Source: an uncultured Chloroflexia bacterium
Lineage (GTDB): Bacteria; Chloroflexota; Limnocylindria; Limnocylindrales; CSP1-4
Assembly: GCA_963813535.1 (NCBI GenBank)
Contig: CAWEZH010000002.1
Location: 1,696,001-1,760,000, forward strand
Direction of reading: 5' to 3'
Length of the DNA stretch: 64,000 nt
Part shown: piece by piece, positions 57,861 to 64,000 of the stretch
Layout of the letters: the number at the start of each line of letters is the position of its first letter
Numbering within the stretch: the first letter of the stretch is position 1
Made by a program: the position numbers and the translations under genes
Notes under the pieces: generated by a model
Told to the model about the DNA's origin: nothing
The model's database searches: none
Seen by the model: only the letters and a program-made list of their open reading frames with translations

Positions 57861-59170
57861 CCTCGCCGCGACGCTTCGAACACGACCTGCCGGTGCTGCT
57901 TGCCGACATGTACGTCGCCGGGACACCCGACTACCGAGATGACCTCGTCGAGCAGGTCGCCCGCGTGCGGCAGCGACCCGCCTGGACCTTCCCCGAAAGG
58001 TGGCCCCCGATGGATCTCGCGATCAAGGCACTGCCTGGCGCACCCCGCGTCCAATGGAGGATCGTCGGTGTCGTGGCGCTCCTTGCAGCCCTGCTCGTCG
58101 GCATGCTCGCGTTCTATGCGGGCTCCCAGCGACCGCTGCCAGCGCCGTTCGGGCGGGCGGCGAACGGGTCGATCGTCTTCGTCGAAGGCGGCGACATCCA
58201 CGCGGCCGATCCCGTGACGGGTGCGACGACCGGCATCGTCGTCGGCCCGGAGACCGACGTTCAACCCGTCTACTCGCTGGACGGCACTCGCGTCGTCTTC
58301 GAGCGCAAGGTCGAGGGCGATGGCGGCGTCCGGCCCGGAATGCTGTTCGTGGCCGGGGACGATGGACGTGGGCTCGTCCAGGTCACGCCCGAGCCGCTCG
58401 CCGGCCTCGGCTCCTGGAGCTTCTCGCCCGACGGCCGCTCGATTGTCGCGTTGGCCACTCGCCGAACGGGACCCACGATCATGGTCGTGGCAAGCGACGG
58501 CAGCAGCCCGCCGCAGTTCTTCGATGTCGGGCCAACGTTGAATGACGAAGCACCGCAATACCGCCCGGACGGCTCCGAGATCATGTTCCAGGGGATCGAG
58601 CCCGGAGCGCGCACTCGCGGCCTGTACGCGCTCGACACCGCAACCGGTGATGTGCGGACGATCATCGCCCCTTCGGACACGGCTGACGTCAGCAACGCGG
58701 CGTGGTCCCCCGACGGGACGCGCATCGCGTATGCCGTCTTCGATCCCAACGACGACAGGGTGTCGTTGCGGACCCACGTCGTGTCAGCGGACGGCACCGG
58801 CGACATCCTGGTCGACGCTCACCCGGACAGCTTCGCGGACGGCGGTGGCGGCGGCTGGTCGAACGACGGAACCCGTTTGATCATCAATCGGTGGTACGTC
58901 GGCGCAGACGGCGACATCATCCGGTCTGCCATCGTTCCGGCCGATGGCAGTAACGTCGGCATCGACATCGAATGCGCCTCGTTCGCTTCGCCAGACGCTT
59001 GCAATGCCGACTGGATCTGGTCACCCGACGACTCGGTCCTCCTCGGCACCACGTGGGACGCAGGCGGCCGGCCGCTCCCGCATTTCCTGGCCGACCCAGT
59101 GACCGGCAAGGTCCGGCCCGCTCCCTGGACGGCGACCGGCATTTCCACTTGGCAGCGTCGAGCCCTGTGA
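57857..59170 (+). CDS. Putative anti-sigma factor with single TM and extracytoplasmic TolB-like/PD40 propeller, copy 1
   Basis: ATGA-coupled to the sigma gene; PDY...RQRPAW...ERW.P N-domain, TM helix, (W/F)SPDG repeats. Confidence 0.78.
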   Translation: MTSPRRFEHDLPVLLADMYVAGTPDYRDDLVEQVARVRQRPAWTFPERWPPMDLAIKALPGAPRVQWRIVGVVALLAALLVGMLAFYAGSQRPLPAPFGRAANGSIVFVEGGDIHAADPVTGATTGIVVGPETDVQPVYSLDGTRVVFERKVEGDGGVRPGMLFVAGDDGRGLVQVTPEPLAGLGSWSFSPDGRSIVALATRRTGPTIMVVASDGSSPPQFFDVGPTLNDEAPQYRPDGSEIMFQGIEPGARTRGLYALDTATGDVRTIIAPSDTADVSNAAWSPDGTRIAYAVFDPNDDRVSLRTHVVSADGTGDILVDAHPDSFADGGGGGWSNDGTRLIINRWYVGADGDIIRSAIVPADGSNVGIDIECASFASPDACNADWIWSPDDSVLLGTTWDAGGRPLPHFLADPVTGKVRPAPWTATGISTWQRRAL

Positions 59171-59182
59171 CCCACTGACCCA

Positions 59183-59268
59183 TCGATGCCGGGAACGATT
59201 CCGGCATCGACGACGCCCTAGGATGTCGAGCACGGCCACCTCGGTCGTGCCGACATCCTGAGGCGACC
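59183..59268 (+). promoter_or_regulatory. Inverted repeat plus conserved promoter/leader of ECF operon 2
   Basis: TCGATGCCGG-N8-CCGGCATCGA enclosing GAAC; GAAC-N14-CGACGCC-N-TAGGAT. Confidence 0.6.
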
Positions 59269-59832
59269 GTGGACCAGCGAAGTCTCGTCGAGCGAGCGCA
59301 GCGGGGCGATCATGACGCCTTTGCCACACTCGCCGGCGCGGCCGTCGCGCGCCTGGACGCGGCCGCACGCCTGATCCTCCGGGATACCGACCTTGCACGG
59401 GACGCTGTCCAGGAGGCTCTCGTCCGGAGCTGGCGCGACCTCCCCACGTTGCGCGACGTGGACCGGTTCGACGCCTGGCTCCATCGACTGCTCGTCAATG
59501 CCTGCCTCGACCTGATCCGGCGCCGCAAGCGCCGTGCGATCGAAGTGGAGCTGACTCCGCTCCAAGTCCCGTCGACCGCCGATTTCAGCGGTGGCGTCGT
59601 GGATCGCGACCTGCTCGATCGCGCGCTCCGGACCCTCGAGCCCGGCTGGCGCGCGGTCGTCGTCCTGCATTACTTCCTCGGCATGCCACTGCCGGACGTA
59701 GCGTCCTGCATGGGCATCCCGCTCGGTACCGCGAAATCCCGGCTGCACCGCGCGCTCGGCGTGCTCCGCGCAACCGTTGCGAACGATGACGCCGTGGATC
59801 AGGTCGCTGTGCCGGAAGGGCGGTTCGCATGA
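59269..59832 (+). CDS. ECF sigma-70 factor, copy 2
   Basis: Same length (187 aa) as copy 1 and collinear with it. Confidence 0.92.
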   Translation: MDQRSLVERAQRGDHDAFATLAGAAVARLDAAARLILRDTDLARDAVQEALVRSWRDLPTLRDVDRFDAWLHRLLVNACLDLIRRRKRRAIEVELTPLQVPSTADFSGGVVDRDLLDRALRTLEPGWRAVVVLHYFLGMPLPDVASCMGIPLGTAKSRLHRALGVLRATVANDDAVDQVAVPEGRFA

Positions 59833-61124
59833 CGCCGATCGATAGCTTCGAACGTCAGTTGCCCGTCGCCCTGACCGACCTGGCTGACCCGCGAACCCCC
59901 GATTACCTCACAGACATACTCGGGCGGACCGCCGGCACGCGTCAGCGACCCGCCTGGGCATCCATCGAAAGGTGGCTCCCCGTGGAACTTGTGACTGTGC
60001 GGACCCCGACGACTCGGTTGCCATGGCGCCGGCTCGCTGTCTTCGCGCTGCTCGTCGTCCTACTTGCGGCGATGGTCGCCGCGTACGTCGGCTCTCGACC
60101 GCGCCTGCCCGCGCCATACGGGCGGGCGGCCAACGGGTTGATCGCGTACGACGCCGAGGGCGACATCTACTCGATGGATCCAGTGACCGGCCAGACGGCG
60201 GCCCTGGTCACGGGGGCCACATTCGATGCGCGTCCGATCTTCTCCAGGGATGGGACGCGCTTTGCGTTCGCCCGCACGGGTGAGGGTCGCAACGCCCTGC
60301 TGTTCGTTGCGAACGCCGACGGCACGAACATGATCCAGGTCACGCCAGAGCTGCTCGATGAATTCGGCCCGTACCACGATGCGTGGAGCTTCTCGCCAGA
60401 CGGGCGCTCGATCCTGGCGACAGCTTTGGTCGACAACACCTTTTCCCTGCTTCTCATCCCGACTGATGGTTCGGGGGCCATACGGACGATCGACGTCGGG
60501 ATGAGTGTCGAGGCGCCGTCGTTCCGCCCGCCAAACGGATCTGAGATCCTCTTCACCGGCCATCGAGCCGACGACGGGGTGCCAGGCCTGTTTGCAGTCG
60601 ACATCGCGACGTCCGTCGTTCGAACGATCGTCGAGCCGGCGACTGGCGTCGGGGGCGGATCGTGGTCTCCGGATGGCTCTCGCATCTTGTACGGATCGAT
60701 GGATGCCAAGGACGTCTGGCGCACACATGTCATCTCGGCGGATGGGACGGACGACGTTCGCGTGGACCACCATCCGGGCGCGATCTCCGATGGCGACGCG
60801 GTCTGGTCGAACGATGGGACACGCCTGATCATCACGAGGATCTTCTCGCCAGACGGTTCGGACCATCGTGCCGCGGTGATCCCGGTCGACGGAGTCGGTC
60901 CCGACGTCGAGATCCAGTGTCCGAGCGGGCCAAGCGATGCCTTCGGCGACCTGTGCGCCCGCTGGGTCTGGGCGCCCGACGATGGGTCGATCTTCGGCGT
61001 GTACTTCGACCAGAAGGGTTGGGCCGCCAACCGCCTGACAGTCGATCCGCTCACCGGTGCGACTGCCGTCGCGCCATGGCCCGGGGATAATGGCCAACCG
61101 GCGTGGCAACGACTGGCGCCCTGA
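59829..61124 (+). CDS. Putative anti-sigma factor with TolB-like propeller, copy 2
   Basis: Same architecture as 57857-59170; ends WQRLAP. Confidence 0.78.
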   Translation: MTPIDSFERQLPVALTDLADPRTPDYLTDILGRTAGTRQRPAWASIERWLPVELVTVRTPTTRLPWRRLAVFALLVVLLAAMVAAYVGSRPRLPAPYGRAANGLIAYDAEGDIYSMDPVTGQTAALVTGATFDARPIFSRDGTRFAFARTGEGRNALLFVANADGTNMIQVTPELLDEFGPYHDAWSFSPDGRSILATALVDNTFSLLLIPTDGSGAIRTIDVGMSVEAPSFRPPNGSEILFTGHRADDGVPGLFAVDIATSVVRTIVEPATGVGGGSWSPDGSRILYGSMDAKDVWRTHVISADGTDDVRVDHHPGAISDGDAVWSNDGTRLIITRIFSPDGSDHRAAVIPVDGVGPDVEIQCPSGPSDAFGDLCARWVWAPDDGSIFGVYFDQKGWAANRLTVDPLTGATAVAPWPGDNGQPAWQRLAP

Positions 61125-61149
61125 TCCGTCCGGATAGAGGCAGAAAGGT

Positions 61150-61181
61150 TGAACCCCGGGTTGGTCGGGACCCGGGGTTCA
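61150..61181. terminator. Bidirectional intrinsic terminator
   Basis: TGAACCCCGGG-N10-CCCGGGGTTCA between the convergent anti-sigma and tRNA genes. Confidence 0.75.
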
Positions 61182-61195
61182 CGGAAAAGGCGTAT

Positions 61196-61270
61196 TGGTT
61201 GCGGGGAAGGGATTCGAACCCTTGACCTTCGGGTTATGAGCCCGACGAGCTGCCGCTGCTCCACCCCGCG
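61196..61270 (-). tRNA. tRNA-fMet (CAT)
   Basis: Minus strand CGCGGGGTGGAGCAGCGGCAGCTCGTCGGGCTCATAACCCGAAGGTCAAGGGTTCGAATCCCTTCCCCGCAACCA. C1:A72 mismatch, three G-C pairs in the anticodon stem, encoded CCA, TATCAT upstream. Confidence 0.97.
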
Positions 61271-61302
61271 ACGCCGAATGATAGGGACGACACTCGAAAC
61301 GG

Positions 61303-62178
61303 TCAAATGGTCCGAGCTTGCAGCTCCTCGGCGTCGAGCTCCTCGGACGCAAGTTCGGTCGAGGTGACGGCCATCGCCGCGGCGACCGCGCCGTAGCGAA
61401 GCGCCCGTTCGAGGGGCACTCCCTCGAGCTCCCCGAAGAGCACGCCGGCGAAGAACGCGTCGCCGGCCCCGTTGGTATCGACCACCTGCACGTCGGGAAC
61501 GACCGGCACCCGGTACACGCGCTCGTCCGCGTCGAGGGCGATGGCACCGTCCGCGCCCATGGTGCAGACCGCGAGGCGCTTGCCGCGGTCGATCAGCGAC
61601 CGCAGGAACCCCGCCGGGTCCGGCAATCGATCGTGGCTGACGAACACGACCTCGGCCGCCTCGATGAATGGCGCGTGCCACGTCGACGAGCCGTCGAAGT
61701 CGTGCAGGTCGGTCCAGATCGGCCGGCCGGACGTCCGCGCGTCGTGGAGCGCGCGAGGCGTCCACGGTGCGAGGTCCAGGACGACGACATCGGCGGCGAC
61801 CATCGATCCTGCCAGCGCCACCTCGTCGAATGCGAGTTCGGGCGAACCGTTGGTGAGCATGAGCGAGATCCGGCCGCCGTCGGGATCCATCAGGTTGACG
61901 TGCTGGGCCGTGCCGGTCGGATCGACGACGGCGCGGAGGTCGACGCCGGCCGCGCCGAGCCCCGACCGCACCCGTGCGCCCGCGTCGTCCTCGCCGAGAC
62001 CCGCGTGCAACGTGACGCCGACACCGAGGCGTGCCAGGTTCAGCGCCTTCCCGGCCCCTGCCCCGCCGATCGCCTTGTGATGCCACCGTGGATGGACGGT
62101 CGCCGTTCGTCCGTCCGGCAACACATCGACGTGGATCATGCGATTCCAGGCGGCGCCGCCGAGGATCGTGACCTGCAT
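61303..62178 (-). CDS. PfkB family carbohydrate kinase
   Basis: GGAGAG.A..LARLG, G.D..G, VVDTNGAGDAF signature. Confidence 0.9.
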   Translation of the reverse strand: MQVTILGGAAWNRMIHVDVLPDGRTATVHPRWHHKAIGGAGAGKALNLARLGVGVTLHAGLGEDDAGARVRSGLGAAGVDLRAVVDPTGTAQHVNLMDPDGGRISLMLTNGSPELAFDEVALAGSMVAADVVVLDLAPWTPRALHDARTSGRPIWTDLHDFDGSSTWHAPFIEAAEVVFVSHDRLPDPAGFLRSLIDRGKRLAVCTMGADGAIALDADERVYRVPVVPDVQVVDTNGAGDAFFAGVLFGELEGVPLERALRYGAVAAAMAVTSTELASEELDAEELQARTI

Positions 62179-63500
62179 CAGGTCGCGCGTGCCGGGACCG
62201 GCGCGGGTTCCGGCACGCGGCCGTGGAGCCGGTCGCCGCCCACGGCCACCGCGATCACGAGCGTCACGAGCATCACGGCGCTGAATGAATAGAAGGGCAG
62301 CAGGATGCTCTGCTCCGCCAGGATCCCGGTCGTGACCGACGCGATGATGAAGCCGAGCGTCCCTGCCGCACCGAACAGTCCCTGGGCGGTCGACGACCGG
62401 CCGGGCGGCGAGTTCGCGGCGACCACCGCGTACAGCGCCGGGTTGAGGAACGCGAACCCGGTCGCCTCGATGAGGATGAGCGGGACTGCGAAGGACGGGT
62501 CCCGCATGAGCGTGTACAGGATGCCGGTGACGGCCGGCAGGACCATGCCGATCACGATGAACGCGAACGACCCGCGCTTGTCGACCAGTCGTCCCGCGTA
62601 CGGTGATAGGACGAGCACGGGCAGCCCGAACATCGCGAATGTCAGCCCGATCAGCGCGAGATCGGCGCCCAACCCCTGCAGGAACAGGCTCCAGATCACC
62701 TCGTAGGTGCCACCGCCGTAGTACCCGCCCACGTTCAGGATGATCGCCGCGACGAGGCCCCGGTTGAGGAGTCGCATCGTCCGTGACGTCGTGGGCGTCG
62801 GGCCATCGCCGGCCACCCGATCGGCCGCCAGGGCGGCCGCGGCTCGACCTTCGACGTACGGCGAGTCGGGCGGCATCGTCGTGCGATCTGACCAGGGCGA
62901 TGCGTCGGCCTTGTGTGCGGGACCCTCTTCGCGGACGCGCAGCGCGATCCCGACAGCGGCCACGATCGCGGCGATGGCGCTGAACACGAACACGAAGGCG
63001 ATGCCGCCGAAGCGATCGGCGCCGAATGCCCCGATCGACGGGCCGATCAGCAGCCCGCCCATCTGCGCCGCCCCGTACAGCCCGAACGCCTCCCCGCGCC
63101 GGTCGGGCGGCGTCGAGTCGGTCAGGAAGCCGCGGGCGGCCGGGTCGTAGATCGCGGCGCCCAGCCCGGCCCCCGCCCGCAGCACGAAGAACGGCAGCGG
63201 GCCCGTCAGGACCAGCGGCAGCGCCCCGAAGACACCTGTTGCGACCAGGCCGATGACCATCAGCGGGACCCGCGCCGTTCGGTCGGCAAGCCAGCCGAAG
63301 AACGGTTCGCTCAACAGTCGCGCCGCCGGCCACGCGGCGATGACGAGACCGAGCGTCGCGAGGTCGAGGCCCTGCTGCTCGAAGTAGATCGGCAGGACGG
63401 GGAGTAGCCCGCCGAAGCCGAGCCAGACGACGAATTCCGCGACGAGCAGGGGGAGGATCGCGCCCCATCGGTCGAGCCAGGCGCGGAGTCTGTCCATCAT
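62178..63500 (-). CDS. MFS transporter (DHA1-like)
   Basis: GWLADRTAR and GRLVDKRG motif A; 12 TM helices; TGATG-coupled to the kinase gene. Confidence 0.88.
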   Translation of the reverse strand: MMDRLRAWLDRWGAILPLLVAEFVVWLGFGGLLPVLPIYFEQQGLDLATLGLVIAAWPAARLLSEPFFGWLADRTARVPLMVIGLVATGVFGALPLVLTGPLPFFVLRAGAGLGAAIYDPAARGFLTDSTPPDRRGEAFGLYGAAQMGGLLIGPSIGAFGADRFGGIAFVFVFSAIAAIVAAVGIALRVREEGPAHKADASPWSDRTTMPPDSPYVEGRAAAALAADRVAGDGPTPTTSRTMRLLNRGLVAAIILNVGGYYGGGTYEVIWSLFLQGLGADLALIGLTFAMFGLPVLVLSPYAGRLVDKRGSFAFIVIGMVLPAVTGILYTLMRDPSFAVPLILIEATGFAFLNPALYAVVAANSPPGRSSTAQGLFGAAGTLGFIIASVTTGILAEQSILLPFYSFSAVMLVTLVIAVAVGGDRLHGRVPEPAPVPARAT

Positions 63501-63618
63501 CGGACGCCGAGCGTACCGGTCGGCGACCTGCGGCGGCGGGCTGTTGCCGGAAACCAACCGTTGCCGTGGGGAACCTATACTGCCCGTTCGCCCCCTTCCT
63601 CCAGAGGTGCGCTGCCGC

Positions 63619-64000
63619 ATGGACGTCATCACCGCCGACGGGCTGGTCAAGATCTACAAGACCCGTAAGCACGAGGTCCGCGCGCTCGACGGGCTGGACC
63701 TGAGGGTGCGCGAAGGGACGATCCTCGGTCTCCTCGGCCCGAACGGTGCGGGCAAGACGACGACCGTCCGGATCCTGGCCACGCTGCTCAGACCCGACGC
63801 CGGGATGGCAACGGTCGCGGGGTTCGACGTCGTTCGCGAGGCGCAACGGATCCGAACCTTGATCGGCCTGTCCGGCCAGTACGCGGCGGTCGACGAGAAC
63901 CTGACCGGACGCGAGAACCTCTGGATGGTCGGCCGGCTCTACCAGCTCACGAGCCGCGTCTCGAAGACACGCGCCGATGAGCTGCTCGATCAGTTCGACC
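63619..64000 (+). CDS. DrrA-like ABC exporter ATP-binding protein, 3' end outside the window
   Basis: [13 protein letters not shown]...ALDGLDL...GPNGAGKTT...[21 protein letters not shown] and TATACT at 63576. Confidence 0.88.
   Translation, partial: MDVITADGLVKIYKTRKHEVRALDGLDLRVREGTILGLLGPNGAGKTTTVRILATLLRPDAGMATVAGFDVVREAQRIRTLIGLSGQYAAVDENLTGRENLWMVGRLYQLTSRVSKTRADELLDQFD

Noticed and set aside
57141-61270. Genomic island integrated at tRNA-fMet carrying the ECF pairs
   Set aside because: No integrase, and no duplicate of the tRNA 3' end was seen at the left boundary.
1-64000. CRISPR arrays, IS elements, prophage genes, rRNA
   Set aside because: No regularly spaced repeats, transposase or integrase motifs, or rRNA-like sequence were seen.

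Overview
High-GC bacterial chromosomal segment with about 60 genes. The gene repertoire suggests Chloroflexota, but this is inference only. Housekeeping content: tandem fabF, copA, ogt, a CBS-flanked 2-oxoacid:ferredoxin oxidoreductase operon, dispersed tyrosine catabolism (hppD, hmgA, FAH family), proC, a 7Fe ferredoxin, a polyamine ABC system, an A2-type cytochrome oxidase operon, two tandem ECF sigma/anti-sigma pairs and tRNA-fMet. No integrase, transposase or CRISPR array was seen. Five single-base insertions look like sequencing errors: they split copA and an MFS gene, and they create two false fusion ORFs. Main candidates for new biology: (1) two signal-peptide-like micro-ORFs missing from the ORF track, both ending in [DE]-x-ARRW, one directly behind a DUF5317-like membrane protein with signal-peptidase-II-like Asp motifs; (2) a locus combining an acidic DVEGH peptide, a cytoplasmic S8 protease, a GAF protein, a cNMP-domain MFS transporter and a STAND protein whose two cyclase domains are complementary like mammalian C1/C2; (3) type-1 copper cupredoxin domains fused to CopA, CoxB and a subunit-IV-like protein, with a CsoR-type palindrome shared by copA and a YHS gene; (4) an S9 peptidase with AT-hook-like inserts. 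All family assignments come from motif recognition by eye, not database searches.
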